A stretch of DNA of 64,000 nucleotides from Alphaproteobacteria bacterium (GCA_965216755.1 CBDCGL010000011.1:1298609-1362608); one strand, 5' to 3'. Counted from the stretch's first letter, positions 10,078 through 21,119 are shown. The notes: a model not told the origin generated them from the sequence alone. Numbers and translations are program-made.

Positions 10078-12245
10078 CAAAGGTAAATGCCGAGCTGGCC
10101 GCTGGAATGGGCTTGAGCGCAGATGAGTTCAAACGCGTCTGCGAGATCCTCGGGCGGATCCCAAACGTCACTGAACTTGGCCTTTTCTCGGCCATGTGGA
10201 GCGAGCATTGTTCATACAAGTCGTCACGGATCTGGTTGAGGACACTGCCGACTGAGGCGCCGTGGGTGATTTGTGGCCCCGGGGAAAACGCGGGTGTCAT
10301 CGATATTGGCGATGGTCGGGCCGCCATCTTCAAGATGGAGAGCCACAACCATCCCTCCTACATCGAGCCGTATCAGGGCGCGGCAACGGGCGTCGGTGGC
10401 ATCCTGCGCGATGTTTTCACCATGGGCGCGCGCCCCGTCGCCAATCTGAACTGCTTGCGTTTTGGTCGGCCAGATCATCCGCGCAGCCGCCATCTGGTTG
10501 CGGGCGTCGTGGCCGGTATCGGCGGCTATGGCAATTGCATTGGCGTGCCCACGGTCGGCGGCGAGGTGAGTTTCGATAGCCGCTATGACGGCAATATTCT
10601 GGTCAATGCCATGACCGTGGGCATTGCCGATTCCGACCGAATTTTCTACGCCAAGGCCACGGGGGTCGGCAGCCCGGTGGTTTATGTCGGATCGAAGACC
10701 GGGCGCGACGGCATTCACGGCGCCACCATGGCTTCGGCGGCTTTTGCGGAGGATTCAGAGGAGAAGCGGCCGACCGTGCAGGTAGGTGACCCCTTTACCG
10801 AAAAGCTGTTGCTGGAAGCTTGCTTGGAGCTGATGGCGACCGACGCGATTATCGGTATTCAGGACATGGGCGCGGCCGGCCTGACGTCATCGTCCATCGA
10901 AATGGCCGCCAAGGGCGAAGGCGGCATTGTTTTGAACTTGGATCGTGTGCCGGTGCGTGAAGACGGCATGAGTCCCTATGAGATAATGCTGTCTGAAAGC
11001 CAAGAGCGCATGCTGATGGTGTTGCGTCCGGGCCAAGAGGAGACGGCGCGGCGGATCTTCGAAAAGTGGGGCTTGGATGTCTCTGTGATCGGGTCCGTGA
11101 CCGACACGGGCCGCATGGTCTTGCGCGTTGGCGATGAGGTTGTCGCCGATGCGCCCATCGAGCCCCTGGCAGAGGGCGTACGCTATGAACGCCCGTGGCA
11201 ACGCCCGCAGACGCCACGTCCCCTGCCCGATCTACTGGCCGCCGAGCCGTTGGTCGCCCTAGAGGGCATGCTGGCGGGCCCTGATCTCTGCGGGCGGCGC
11301 TGGGTATGGGAACAATATGACCATATGGTCATGGCCGACACAGTCCAGCGCCCTGGTGGCGACGCCGCGGTCGTGCGCGTGCACGGCACGAAGAAAGGCC
11401 TGGCGATAGCCACGGATTGTACGCCACGCTATTGCGAAGCCGATCCCGAATTGGGTGGTGCACAGGCAGTTGCCGAGTGCTGGCGAAACCTCACCGCGGT
11501 CGGCGCGCGGCCGCTGGCTATCACCGACTGCCTCAATTTCGGCAACCCGGAACGGCCGCACGTGATGGGTCAATTTGTGCTTGCGTTGAGAGGTATGAAA
11601 GAGGCTTGCAAAGCCCTTGATTTCCCCGTCATTTCCGGAAATGTGTCGTTCTATAACGAGACCGAGGGCCGCAATATTCCACCAACACCACAGATCGGTG
11701 GTGTTGGATTGTTGGACGACGTGTCAGGAATGGTCGACTTGGCCGTCCGACAAACTGGCGACAGCCTGATTATGATCGGGCGCGACGGGGCTCATCTCGG
11801 ACAATCGCTTTATGCGCGCCACTTGATTTGTGAAGACCTTGGCACCCCGCCTAACCTCAACCTGGACGACGAAAGGCGTTATGGCGATTTTGTACGAGCG
11901 TTGATCGGTGCCGGTCGCGTTTCGGCGTGTCACGATATTTCGGACGGCGGCTTGCTTGTCGCGGCGGCCGAAATGGCCATGGCTGGTGATATCGGCCTCG
12001 CATTCGACACGGAATTCGATATCGGTCAATTGTTTGGTGAGGATCAGGCCCGGTATCTTGTCGCAGCGGCACCGGACTCCGCGGATGCTATAATTCGCGA
12101 TGCGCTTTGTGCAGGGTTGACGGTGAAGCGGATTGCGACGGCCGGTGGCGACGCGTTGACACTACCTGGCGCCGGTGCCATATCGGTAGCCGATTTGCGT
12201 GCAGCGCATGAACGCTGGTTCCCGGCTTACATGGCACGTGCCTAA
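10074..12245 (+). CDS. purL: phosphoribosylformylglycinamidine synthase subunit PurL
   Basis: 723 aa, overlaps the purQ stop. FGAM synthase II motifs ([12 protein letters not shown]-synthase-related repeats). Confidence 0.9.
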   Translation: MTKVNAELAAGMGLSADEFKRVCEILGRIPNVTELGLFSAMWSEHCSYKSSRIWLRTLPTEAPWVICGPGENAGVIDIGDGRAAIFKMESHNHPSYIEPYQGAATGVGGILRDVFTMGARPVANLNCLRFGRPDHPRSRHLVAGVVAGIGGYGNCIGVPTVGGEVSFDSRYDGNILVNAMTVGIADSDRIFYAKATGVGSPVVYVGSKTGRDGIHGATMASAAFAEDSEEKRPTVQVGDPFTEKLLLEACLELMATDAIIGIQDMGAAGLTSSSIEMAAKGEGGIVLNLDRVPVREDGMSPYEIMLSESQERMLMVLRPGQEETARRIFEKWGLDVSVIGSVTDTGRMVLRVGDEVVADAPIEPLAEGVRYERPWQRPQTPRPLPDLLAAEPLVALEGMLAGPDLCGRRWVWEQYDHMVMADTVQRPGGDAAVVRVHGTKKGLAIATDCTPRYCEADPELGGAQAVAECWRNLTAVGARPLAITDCLNFGNPERPHVMGQFVLALRGMKEACKALDFPVISGNVSFYNETEGRNIPPTPQIGGVGLLDDVSGMVDLAVRQTGDSLIMIGRDGAHLGQSLYARHLICEDLGTPPNLNLDDERRYGDFVRALIGAGRVSACHDISDGGLLVAAAEMAMAGDIGLAFDTEFDIGQLFGEDQARYLVAAAPDSADAIIRDALCAGLTVKRIATAGGDALTLPGAGAISVADLRAAHERWFPAYMARA

Positions 12246-12264
12246 TTGGCAAGGAGACGACCCC

Positions 12265-12504
12265 ATGGCGATGGACGCGACCGAGATAGAGCGACTGATC
12301 CGTGAGGCTTTGCCAGATGCCGAGGTGCACATAGAGGACCTTCGCGGCGACGGGGACCATTACGCGGCCTATGTCGTGGCGGCCGCGTTTAAAGGGAAGA
12401 CACGCGTCCAACAGCACCAGATGGTTTATCAAGCCCTGCAAGGCGCCATGGGCGGCGCGCTTCACGCGCTAGCCTTGCAAACAGCGGTACCCGAGGACGC
12501 CTGA
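12265..12504 (+). CDS. BolA family protein
   Basis: AAGGAG RBS 8 nt upstream of ATG 12265. About 79 aa with the BolA fold pattern. Conserved position immediately before the Grx4-type glutaredoxin. Confidence 0.8.
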   Translation: MAMDATEIERLIREALPDAEVHIEDLRGDGDHYAAYVVAAAFKGKTRVQQHQMVYQALQGAMGGALHALALQTAVPEDA

Positions 12505-12574
12505 ATCTGGTGTATATTGGACCACAATACAACGCAGCCCAAGAAGGCGGCATGAGGATATCGAGGAGTGATCG

Positions 12575-12922
12575 ATGACGACCACGGAAACCAATCCGGC
12601 TTTTGAACGGATTGACAAAGAAGTAAAAGACAATCAAGTGCTGCTGTTCATGAAGGGCACGCCGGTGTTTCCGCAGTGCGGCTTTTCCGCGCTGGCGGTT
12701 CAGGTGCTCAGCCATATGGGCGTCAAATTCAAGAGCATCGACGTGTTGAATGAACCCACGATCCGTCAGGGCATCAAGGACTACAGCAATTGGCCGACCA
12801 TCCCCCAGCTCTATGTTGCGGGCGAGTTTGTTGGCGGGTCGGATATCATTCGGGAGATGTTCGAGAACGGCGAACTCAAACAGATGCTCGACGACAAGGG
12901 TGTCGAAACCACGGTCGAGTAG
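12575..12922 (+). CDS. grxD: Grx4-family monothiol glutaredoxin
   Basis: 115 aa with CGFS active site (PQCGFSA) and WPTIPQLYV motif. Confidence 0.9.
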   Translation: MTTTETNPAFERIDKEVKDNQVLLFMKGTPVFPQCGFSALAVQVLSHMGVKFKSIDVLNEPTIRQGIKDYSNWPTIPQLYVAGEFVGGSDIIREMFENGELKQMLDDKGVETTVE

Positions 12923-12995
12923 GCCCGACAATCGCGCATTGAAAGTTAACAGAATGGCTCGGTCTTGACCGAGCCGTTTCTGTCTCAGCCTAACC

Positions 12996-13964
12996 TTATC
13001 TCGGGATCAACTGAGCCCGGAAGAATGCGACATTGATGATCAGGCCAGGCAACAGCCACTGAAAGAGTCGGACCATGTTCAAGATCTCAGCCAGCGACGC
13101 ATCGCGCGTGGCGGCACTTTGCAATGTCGCGCTACGTAAAGCGCCCGGATTCGGCAGCATCCGCGTTTCCGCAACGAACGCATCATGAAGGTTCGTGACT
13201 AATTCCTCATAACCGGCCGTGCCGATGTGGCAGCGTAGATCCTGCCATGCAAGAGCAAAATAACTCGGCCATCGCGCAAGTGCGCGGTAGTCGGTGTTCA
13301 CAAATGGCAAGCCCAAGTGCGATTTGATGTCGTCATAGACCGCCCGGGTCGGCGCATCGACATGATGCGATTCCATAAGCAGAAATGGCACGGTCACTTT
13401 GGGCGCGCGCTGTTTGGCATATGGTGGGGCCATGGTTTCGTGTGACAGCTCGTGACCTTCCAATAGCCAGCGACTGATCGTCGCGATCATCGCGTATGGA
13501 AAATTGCCATACGAAAAAACCTCAATGACATCGCGGATTTCGTCAATTTCGCGAGGCGCATAGCCGTTGCCCGATAGTGCCGGTTCCAAACCTGTCGGTT
13601 GGAGTTGCCAAACCGCGCTCTCGGCCTGCGCGCGGAGCCGCTGACAAGCCGTGACAAACGGTGCGCTGGCGGCGAGCGGCCTGAGTCCCGGCCACAGTAC
13701 CTGGTAGAATGCACGATAGTGTGCGTGCGCCATGGCAATGACGCCCATCCAAGGCACCTGCAAGACTCTTTTGGTGTCCTCGTAATCCGCCTTGAGCGCC
13801 CCGTCGGCCAAATACTCCGGCAATGCGTGTATGGTCGGCGTGGGTTCCGGGTACAAGCGAGAAAGCGTCACGGCAAGGCTAGACCACATCAGATTCGATC
13901 GTCTGTAGCGACGGCACTGTCGCCACAAAAGACGGTCGCTCTGATAGACGTTGAAACAGGGCAT
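12996..13964 (-). CDS. hypothetical protein (possibly DehI-like)
   Basis: 322-aa ORF of normal composition. No firm family; weak recollection of halocarboxylic-acid dehalogenase DehI-like internal duplication. True start may be the downstream Met (MWSS...). Confidence 0.4.
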   Translation of the reverse strand: MPCFNVYQSDRLLWRQCRRYRRSNLMWSSLAVTLSRLYPEPTPTIHALPEYLADGALKADYEDTKRVLQVPWMGVIAMAHAHYRAFYQVLWPGLRPLAASAPFVTACQRLRAQAESAVWQLQPTGLEPALSGNGYAPREIDEIRDVIEVFSYGNFPYAMIATISRWLLEGHELSHETMAPPYAKQRAPKVTVPFLLMESHHVDAPTRAVYDDIKSHLGLPFVNTDYRALARWPSYFALAWQDLRCHIGTAGYEELVTNLHDAFVAETRMLPNPGALRSATLQSAATRDASLAEILNMVRLFQWLLPGLIINVAFFRAQLIPR

Positions 13965-14012
13965 CCAGATGGGCGTATTCGCGCTGCCCGTCGTATCCCG
14001 GCATACGCACGT

Positions 14013-14516
14013 TCAAATAGCCCAAGGAGTCCCAACCGCGATATCACCCAATCCAAATTGGTCGCCAACGCAAAAAGTCGAACCTGGTGTCAGTCGCGCG
14101 ATTTCTCGAATACCAGCTCGGACTTTTCGCCGCTGACGCTTCTGCCACGGACGACTGCGTTGCGGCTCGCGACGCAGCTCTTCGATCACCAGCAGGACGA
14201 CGGCATCACAAACGCCGTCGGCAAGGACTTGTAGCCGAAGCGCGTCCAACCGTAAGTTGGGGTCCCGCGGTAGCAAAGACGGCATGGGAAACTTGGTCTC
14301 CAAAAACTCCAGAATGAACCGCGAATCGTAAACCGCCGTGCCGTCATCCAATATCAGCACCGGCAACTTCTCGAGCGGATTGTAGCGTGGCGTTTCGGCG
14401 CCGGCATTCCACGGCACTTCGGTGACCAGTTCAAATGACAGGTTCTTTTCGGCCAGGGCGATGCGCACCTTGCGCGCATAAGGGCTCGGTGTCGCGCTAA
14501 TCAGCTTCATGTGCAT
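14013..14516 (-). CDS. glutathione S-transferase family protein (short, possibly C-terminally truncated)
   Basis: Thioredoxin-like GST N-domain (MKLISATPSPYARKVRIALAEKNLSFELV...LPVLILDDGTAVYDSRFILEFLE) and part of the C-domain. Only about 165 aa, so truncation or frameshift is possible. Confidence 0.55.
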   Translation of the reverse strand: MHMKLISATPSPYARKVRIALAEKNLSFELVTEVPWNAGAETPRYNPLEKLPVLILDDGTAVYDSRFILEFLETKFPMPSLLPRDPNLRLDALRLQVLADGVCDAVVLLVIEELRREPQRSRPWQKRQRRKVRAGIREIARLTPGSTFCVGDQFGLGDIAVGTPWAI

Positions 14517-14684
14517 GCAAGATGGATTTCGACCGCGCGACTGTGCCATAGGCAGGCGCCGTTGTCACCTGGCCGATATGCGCTTGATAGATTTCGTTGG
14601 CTGTTGCCGCTTTTGAAACAATCTACAGTGGGTTATCAGTTGGAATGCGTAAGTACCGGAAATTCACCCTGGAAGGATAGGCAC

Positions 14685-15245
14685 GTGGTCAGGATTGACC
14701 GGATTTACACGCGCGGCGGCGACAAAGGGATGACAACGCTGGGCGACGGCACGAAGGTCTCGAAAGCCGCACTCCGTGTGCAATGCTATGGCGCCACCGA
14801 CGAAGCCAACGGCGTCATCGGCTTGGCGCGTTTGCATACCGAAGGTGACGCCGACGCCATGTTGGCGCGCATACAGAATGACCTGTTTGACGTCGGCGCC
14901 GATCTCTGCGTGCCGGCCAAAGACGACTCGCGCGCACGGCTTCGTATCGAGGATAGCCAGGTGGCTCGGTTGGAAAGCGAAATCGATTCCATGGCCGCAG
15001 CGTTGGCGCCACTGGCGTCGTTCATATTGCCGGGTGGTTCGCAGGCTTCCGCCCATTTACATTTGGCGCGCACGGTTGTTCGGCGTGCGGAGCAGCTTGT
15101 CGTAGCACTGATGGACACAGAAACGATCAATCCGGCAGCGTTGAAATATCTCAATCGATTGTCAGATCATTTATTCACTCTAGCGCGCTTTCTCAACGAT
15201 AAGGGCGCGCGCGACGTGCTTTGGGTCCCCGGCGCCAATCGCTAG
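14685..15245 (+). CDS. PduO-type ATP:cob(I)alamin adenosyltransferase
   Basis: GGAAGGA RBS then GTG 14685. IYTRGGDKGMTTLGDGTKVSK...CYGATDEANGVIGLARL, canonical PduO/MMAB N-terminal domain. Confidence 0.8.
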   Translation: MVRIDRIYTRGGDKGMTTLGDGTKVSKAALRVQCYGATDEANGVIGLARLHTEGDADAMLARIQNDLFDVGADLCVPAKDDSRARLRIEDSQVARLESEIDSMAAALAPLASFILPGGSQASAHLHLARTVVRRAEQLVVALMDTETINPAALKYLNRLSDHLFTLARFLNDKGARDVLWVPGANR

Positions 15246-15261
15246 GCCTGGCCACCGGCCT

Positions 15262-16296
15262 CTAATTCTGGAATTTGACCAGATGTCTAGCGACAAAGGG
15301 GGCCAGAAAGATGATCTCGAAAATCCGTGCCAAATGGTGAATGGCAACGAAACCGGGTTCAATATCCAGCGCCAGAGCAATCAAGCACATCTCGGCGACG
15401 CCACCGGGCGCGAATGACAGCAACACCGCTATGTAATCGAGTCCAAGGGGGAATGCGACAACCAGCGACGCGACCGCCGTCACGGCCAATATCAAGGCGG
15501 TCGCAACGACGGCATGCCCGGACAAATGCAGTAGAACGCCGCGGCCGACATTCGAAAAACGGCTGCCAATCGCGGCGCCGAGCACGAGCAACGTCCCGGC
15601 CAACAGCCAAGCTGGTAGCGCGCCCTCAACAATGCCGGTTGTGTAAAGCAGGGCACTGGCGAACATCGCGCCAATCATCGGTGCAGCCGGTGTACGCAAC
15701 AACCGCGCCGCGGTAGCGCCGATACCGGCAACAATTCCCAGAAGGATCGCATCATCCCACGATATCAATGCGTCCACGCTTGCCCCTGGCGCCCGATTGG
15801 AGTCGCCGCCGAGAAGGGAAACGATCAAAGGGGCGGCAAAGACCAAAAGCATGACGCGCAAGCTTTGAATAAAGGCGATGCGTTGTTCGTTGCCGCCAGC
15901 CGCCGCACCCAGAATGATCATCGGGGTTAGCGCCCCGGGCGCCGAAGCGAATAAGGCGGTCGTGCGGTCGATGCGCGCAATTCTTTGGTAATAAGCCGCG
16001 GTTAGGAGGGTCAGAATCGGCACGTACAACAAGACCGCAACAACGCTCCATGGCCAAAGGGCGATGCCATGAAGAACCTCCGGTGTGAATGACGAACCCA
16101 AAAAAACACCGAGGACGCCGAGCATTGCGGCGCGCAAGTTCATGGGCACGGCCACCGGCAGGCCCACCATGCTGGCTGCAAACGTCGCCATGATCGGCCC
16201 GAGCATCCAAGCCAATGGTATGTCGATCCAATGGGCAATGGCGCCACCGATGCCGCCAAGGGTGAGCGCGGCCGCGAGCTTTTGCAGCATTGTCAT
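15262..16296 (-). CDS. AbrB-family (putative ammonia monooxygenase-like) integral membrane protein
   Basis: 344 aa, highly hydrophobic with an internally duplicated multi-TM architecture typical of the AbrB duplication family. Confidence 0.65.
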   Translation of the reverse strand: MTMLQKLAAALTLGGIGGAIAHWIDIPLAWMLGPIMATFAASMVGLPVAVPMNLRAAMLGVLGVFLGSSFTPEVLHGIALWPWSVVAVLLYVPILTLLTAAYYQRIARIDRTTALFASAPGALTPMIILGAAAGGNEQRIAFIQSLRVMLLVFAAPLIVSLLGGDSNRAPGASVDALISWDDAILLGIVAGIGATAARLLRTPAAPMIGAMFASALLYTTGIVEGALPAWLLAGTLLVLGAAIGSRFSNVGRGVLLHLSGHAVVATALILAVTAVASLVVAFPLGLDYIAVLLSFAPGGVAEMCLIALALDIEPGFVAIHHLARIFEIIFLAPFVARHLVKFQN

Positions 16297-16347
16297 CCAT
16301 CGGTGGCTGACGCTGCGTGAAAAGTGGTTGCGAATTGCGTGTGGCCC

Positions 16348-16797
16348 CTAGGCGCTGGCAGCGTCTTGCTTGGAACCTGGCTCGGCCGGACCCTTAAGTT
16401 CGACAACATTGCCGTCCGGATCTTCGATATACAAGGAAACCCCGAACCCTTCCGCGCCATAGCGCCGTCCATCATCACCAACCGTTACACCCACGGTCGC
16501 GAGGGACGCTCTGAGCGATTCGACATCAAACGCGTCGACACGTATGCAAAAGTGATCAAGGTTGCGCGCACCCTGCCCTGGCGCATCGCCCCCTGTTCTG
16601 CCGATTGGGCCGTGAACATCGACCAAATCGATCAAACTGGCGCCGGCGCGCAACTGCACGAGCCCCAATTCGTCCAGCGTACGTTCGACGCTACAGCCGA
16701 GCACGTCACAATAGAATCGAATCATGGGCTCTAGCTGCGCGGTCCGCAAAACGACATGGTCCAAGCCATGAATTCGTAAATTTGGTCCCTCCATCAC
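16348..16797 (-). CDS. VOC/glyoxalase-family protein
   Basis: 149 aa. HGLDHVVLRTAQLEPMIRFYCDVLG...LDHFCIRV...VVEL, a glyoxalase/bleomycin-resistance fold. Confidence 0.75.
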   Translation of the reverse strand: MMEGPNLRIHGLDHVVLRTAQLEPMIRFYCDVLGCSVERTLDELGLVQLRAGASLIDLVDVHGPIGRTGGDAPGQGARNLDHFCIRVDAFDVESLRASLATVGVTVGDDGRRYGAEGFGVSLYIEDPDGNVVELKGPAEPGSKQDAASA

Positions 16798-16808
16798 GGG
16801 CCACCTTT

Positions 16809-17441
16809 TTATTTGGTGCCGAAAAGCCGATCCCCCGCGTCGCCAATGCCGGGAACAATGTAGCCTTTCTCATTCAGACAATCGTCCATGCCGGCCGCGA
16901 AGACCGGCACGTCGGGATGGGCTTGATGAAACTTTTCGACACCTTCCGGAACCGTTAGCAAGCAAACGAACATAAGTGACCGAGCCCCTGCCGCCTTTAG
17001 CCGACTGACCGCGGCAACAGCGGTATTGCCCGTGGCCAACATTGGATCGACGACAATGATCAAGCGATCGCCCAGACTATGTGGCACCTTGAAATAATAT
17101 TCGACCGCCACCAGAGAACTTGGTTCGCGATATAGGCCAACATGCCCGACCCGCGCAGAAGGTAGCAAATCGAGCATGCCCTGTAGAAGACCGTCGCCAG
17201 CGCGCATGATTGAAACCAAGCACAATTTCTTTCCCGCCAGGACCGGCGCGGTCATCGGGGCGATCGGCGTTTCGATCTCGCGCGTCGCGAGAGGCAAACC
17301 GCGCGTAATTTCGTATGCCATGAGCGTCCCAGATTCACGCAGCAACTGGCGGAAATTGGCAGTCGATGTCTCCCGTCGCCGCATCAGTGTCAGCTTATGC
17401 TGGACCAGAGGATGGTCTATGATTGTCAGCGCTGCTGTCAT
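16809..17441 (-). CDS. upp: uracil phosphoribosyltransferase
   Basis: 210 aa. PRTase motif [16 protein letters not shown] and the UPRT family pattern. Confidence 0.9.
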   Translation of the reverse strand: MTAALTIIDHPLVQHKLTLMRRRETSTANFRQLLRESGTLMAYEITRGLPLATREIETPIAPMTAPVLAGKKLCLVSIMRAGDGLLQGMLDLLPSARVGHVGLYREPSSLVAVEYYFKVPHSLGDRLIIVVDPMLATGNTAVAAVSRLKAAGARSLMFVCLLTVPEGVEKFHQAHPDVPVFAAGMDDCLNEKGYIVPGIGDAGDRLFGTK

Positions 17442-17498
17442 GGTTGCATTCCCCCCAATTCGGCGGTGACGTCCGCGGAACGATTAAATCGCTTCGAA

Positions 17499-18740
17499 CT
17501 AAAAGATGGTCGCGTCACTCGCCACGCGAATGGGTGGTCCGCCACCTGGGCGCTGTTCGGCAGCCAACTGCCGGCCAGCCGCCCAAGTTCCGCCTTCGAG
17601 TATCTTGACCAACGGCAACATCTCCTCATTTAGCCCCAAACGCCCGCGAATATTGACCGCCAATCGATCCAGCAATGCCACCGTTAGCGCCCGCCATTCT
17701 GTAACGATTTCCGAGTCGGCAGCGTGCTCTTCATCAAGTATTTCGGCATACTGCGGCTTGAGGAGTCCACAGTCGATCATCAAGCCGCCGTTGCGATATT
17801 CCGCAAGGCCGGTCAACATATCGAGCGCGGTGACGGTAATTCCGGCTTCAGCGAGCGGTTCGACCAGCGAATAGGTCAGCCACATCGACAGCTTGTGAAA
17901 CGGCACCAAGCCGTTGGTCAGATCGTTTGTGCGCACGGCTGGATGGTGGCCAACATCGCCAAGATTGACGCCACCCAATTCGATTCGCCGGGGCCATATG
18001 CCCGAAAAGCCCCGCATAACTGCTGAAAACAGAATCGGCGCCGCCAGGGTGTGGCTGCGTGTGCGCCGCACGATATAGTCGTAGATGTGTCCGACACGCG
18101 GTCTTGACGATCCAAAAATCGCTGTTTCATGTTGCATAGTTTGGCCCAGTTGCCGAAGCAGCGCGACGCGCCCAGCAACACCCACCAGCGGATTGTCCGC
18201 GCCGACTTGAAACGCGTTTGCAAGAGTTGACTCGTCAATTCCACCCAATGCGACTGCGTCGGCACGCAACGGATGCCGCGTGTCGCTTGACAAGGCGCCC
18301 GATGCGAACAAATCAAGGCTGGCCAGCGCCAGCCCTTCGGAGCGTTGCAGCACCGAGCCCGTTTGTTGGTCTCTATAGCTCCAATGGTCGCCTGCCCCAG
18401 CATCGAGTAGGACACTGATTGTAACAAGATCGATTCGGCTGCGCGCGCGCTCGGCGGGGCTTTCGTCTTGTAGCCGGCCGGCTAGGCCTTGCCAGCGATC
18501 CTCACCGGCCACCATGAAATGGCGCCATCGGCTATGCATCGGGATTTCAAGTGTGGGAAAGCGCCCGCGCGTGACCGCAACGACATATTCGGCGGCCCGA
18601 TCGACTTGGTCCAGGTCAACAGTGAAATGGCCCAGCGTACCCGCGATGCCGGCATCAAGAACCAAATTGCAGCGGCGGCGTATTGCAGCCGGCGACCGAA
18701 GCCACAAGATCGCGTCGGCCGGTGTTTGGCTATCCCGCAA
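17499..18740 (-). CDS. DUF1688 (URC4/urg3-like) protein
   Basis: 413 aa. Sits between a GTP-cyclohydrolase-II-like (URC1-like) gene and upp, exactly the URC-pathway gene trio. Family call is by recollection plus context. Confidence 0.5.
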   Translation of the reverse strand: MRDSQTPADAILWLRSPAAIRRRCNLVLDAGIAGTLGHFTVDLDQVDRAAEYVVAVTRGRFPTLEIPMHSRWRHFMVAGEDRWQGLAGRLQDESPAERARSRIDLVTISVLLDAGAGDHWSYRDQQTGSVLQRSEGLALASLDLFASGALSSDTRHPLRADAVALGGIDESTLANAFQVGADNPLVGVAGRVALLRQLGQTMQHETAIFGSSRPRVGHIYDYIVRRTRSHTLAAPILFSAVMRGFSGIWPRRIELGGVNLGDVGHHPAVRTNDLTNGLVPFHKLSMWLTYSLVEPLAEAGITVTALDMLTGLAEYRNGGLMIDCGLLKPQYAEILDEEHAADSEIVTEWRALTVALLDRLAVNIRGRLGLNEEMLPLVKILEGGTWAAGRQLAAEQRPGGGPPIRVASDATIF

Positions 18741-18798
18741 GCGTGCTCCCTGGCGCTAGAAGATCGCCGGATCAGTTGTGGACGCGCATTTCCGGGGT

Positions 18799-20145
18799 TC
18801 AGTCGCCGAGCCGACGACCTTTTGGCGTGGCCAGATCCTGCGCGCTTGGTGTTTCGCCAGAGGAGTAATAGCCCGCAGACATCTTCGCATCAATCTCCAC
18901 GCGCGCGTCCGCGGGGATCAGTTCTTCGGGAATTGGCACACGTTGCTTGATTTCGATCCCCTGCCGAACGATGGCGTCGTGCTTGGTATCGCTCATGGAC
19001 ACGAACTGATCGATGCGCGTCACACCCAACCAATGCAACACATCAGGCATGAGCTCTTGGAAGCGCACATCTTGAATGCCCGCGACGCATTCAGTTCGTT
19101 CAAAATATGCTTCCGCTCGATCCCCGCCGGCCTGACGCTTACGGGCGTTGTAAACCAAGAATTTGGTAACTTCGCCCAAGGCCCGCCCTTCCTTGCGATT
19201 GTAGACAATCATGCCGACCCCGCCACGTTGCGCGGCGCCAATACACACTTCGATGCCATGGGTCAGGTACGGCCGACAGGTGCAAATATCTGACCCGAAA
19301 ACATCGGACCCGTTGCATTCGTCGTGGACTCGGCAAGCCACATCGCGTGTCGGATCGGCAAGCGCCGCGGGGTCACCAAATATGTAGACGGTGTGACCAC
19401 CAATCGGCGGCAGAAACACGTGCCGATCCGGCCTGGTGACCAGATCCGGAAACATGCCTCCGGTGTGTTCAAAAAGGGCGCGCCGCAAATCCGTTTCAGA
19501 GATGCCGCACCGGGCCGCCACGCCGGGAAGATACCAAACCGGCTCAATGGCGGCCTTGGTCACCTTCACGTCACCGTTTGGAGCCAGAATTTGCCCATCG
19601 GTCGCCAGGCGGCCCTTGGCCACCGCCGATTCCATTTCCGGCAAGCGAATGCGCGCTTTCGTGACCGCAATAGTTGGTCGGATGTCCCAACCATCGCGCA
19701 GTTTGTCGGCGAAGGCATCGCTGACCAAATGACCATAGGGGTCCAAGGACACGATCTTGTCTGGGTCAGCCCATTGAGCGTGCGGACCGATCTGAACAGC
19801 TGGAGCCGTGTCCGACAGATCCGGCACGTGGAGCGGATCCAATGTTTGGGCGGCAATCGCCAAAGCACGGTACAGCGCGTAAGAACCGGAATGGGCGCCG
19901 ATGACATTACGATGGTTGGGGTCGGCCAAAGTGCCGATTATCGGGCCCCGCGCGCTGGCGTTTCGTGCACCCCAGCATATGGCAGGCGCCGCATTTCCAT
20001 TCTGCGGTGGATGCGACGTGAGTACGATGTGATTGGCTCGACCGGTGCCATCCATGGTCTTGGTTCCGTGTCCCCTCAGCGTCGCCTTGGCCCTATATCG
20101 CGTCGCCGCCGCGCGGTGTACCGCGACCGCACGAACGCGCGCCAC
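18799..20145 (-). CDS. GTP cyclohydrolase II-like protein (URC1-like)
   Basis: Cys-rich zinc-site region CRVHDECNGSDVFGSDICTCRPYLTHGIE, typical of RibA-like cyclohydrolase II. The long N-terminal extension resembles URC1. True start probably internal (MDGTGRAN...). Confidence 0.6.
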   Translation of the reverse strand: MARVRAVAVHRAAATRYRAKATLRGHGTKTMDGTGRANHIVLTSHPPQNGNAAPAICWGARNASARGPIIGTLADPNHRNVIGAHSGSYALYRALAIAAQTLDPLHVPDLSDTAPAVQIGPHAQWADPDKIVSLDPYGHLVSDAFADKLRDGWDIRPTIAVTKARIRLPEMESAVAKGRLATDGQILAPNGDVKVTKAAIEPVWYLPGVAARCGISETDLRRALFEHTGGMFPDLVTRPDRHVFLPPIGGHTVYIFGDPAALADPTRDVACRVHDECNGSDVFGSDICTCRPYLTHGIEVCIGAAQRGGVGMIVYNRKEGRALGEVTKFLVYNARKRQAGGDRAEAYFERTECVAGIQDVRFQELMPDVLHWLGVTRIDQFVSMSDTKHDAIVRQGIEIKQRVPIPEELIPADARVEIDAKMSAGYYSSGETPSAQDLATPKGRRLGD

Positions 20146-20231
20146 GAAAACCCTCGCTCACAAGAAATTGGGTCGACCGCGCCTTATGTCGAGGTATCGC
20201 GGCGCTTCAATCCCGGAAAACCCCGCTTTAT

Positions 20232-21119
20232 CTAGTCTCCCTCTCCATAACGTGAATCGAAGTCCCATACCTCTTGAAATCCCATAAGCCGGCTGAAATC
20301 AGAAAATGGATAAAGCGCCGACGTGATTTGCTCGCTGCCGCCGTTTGTCTTCAAAGTGTCATATACAGACGCTATGGCTGCGCCGATGGCCAGAAAAGCG
20401 GTCGCTGGGAATATGGCGACACGATAACCGATTTCGCCCAGTTTTTCCGCATTGAACACCGGCGAGCGACCGCCTTCGACCATGTTGGCCAAACAAGGCG
20501 TGTCAAAACTACGGCAAATCTTGGCCATTTCATCCTCGGACTCTGGCGACTCGACAAACAGCACGTCTGCACCCGCCGCCGCATAGGCCTCCGCGCGCCG
20601 CAGCGCTTCGTCAAGCCCCAAGGTGGTGCGCGCGTCGGTACGCGCGATGATCAGCAAGTTCGGGTCAGAGCGACTGTCGATGGCGACCTTGATTTTGGTC
20701 ACCATGTCTTCAGTCGGAACCACGCGGCGCCCCAGCGTGTGGCCACATTTTTTCGGAAATTCCTGGTCTTCGAGTTGGACCGCACTGGCACCCGCGGCTT
20801 CGTAAGACTGTATCGTGTGGCGGACATTGAGCGCGCCGCCATAGCCAGTGTCGGCGTCTGCAATCAGGGCCGCAGTTGTCCGCGCGCTCAGACAGCGGAC
20901 TCGATCAACCATGTCGGTCAGGGTCGCATAGCCGGCGTCCGGCAATCCCAGATACGAAGCGGAGACTCCATAGCCCGTCATATACAGAGCTTCAAATCCG
21001 ACGCTTTCGGCGATACGGACTGAAATACCATCGAAAACGCCAGGCGCCAAAACCAAGGGGCCAGATCCGATGCGACTCCGTAAAAGAGCGCGTTTGTCAC
21101 GCGTGTCAATCGGGGACAT
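20232..21119 (-). CDS. isocitrate lyase/PEP mutase family protein (methylisocitrate lyase / carboxyvinyl-carboxyphosphonate phosphorylmutase-like)
   Basis: 295 aa. GVFDGISVRIAESVGFEALYMTGYG...DADTGYGG, hallmark of the ICL/PEPM superfamily. Confidence 0.8.
   Translation of the reverse strand: MSPIDTRDKRALLRSRIGSGPLVLAPGVFDGISVRIAESVGFEALYMTGYGVSASYLGLPDAGYATLTDMVDRVRCLSARTTAALIADADTGYGGALNVRHTIQSYEAAGASAVQLEDQEFPKKCGHTLGRRVVPTEDMVTKIKVAIDSRSDPNLLIIARTDARTTLGLDEALRRAEAYAAAGADVLFVESPESEDEMAKICRSFDTPCLANMVEGGRSPVFNAEKLGEIGYRVAIFPATAFLAIGAAIASVYDTLKTNGGSEQITSALYPFSDFSRLMGFQEVWDFDSRYGEGD

Noticed and set aside
10224-12093. Multiple 60-180-aa ORFs on both strands inside purL and other long genes
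   Set aside because: Typical high-GC antisense or out-of-frame ORFs entirely contained in confidently assigned genes.
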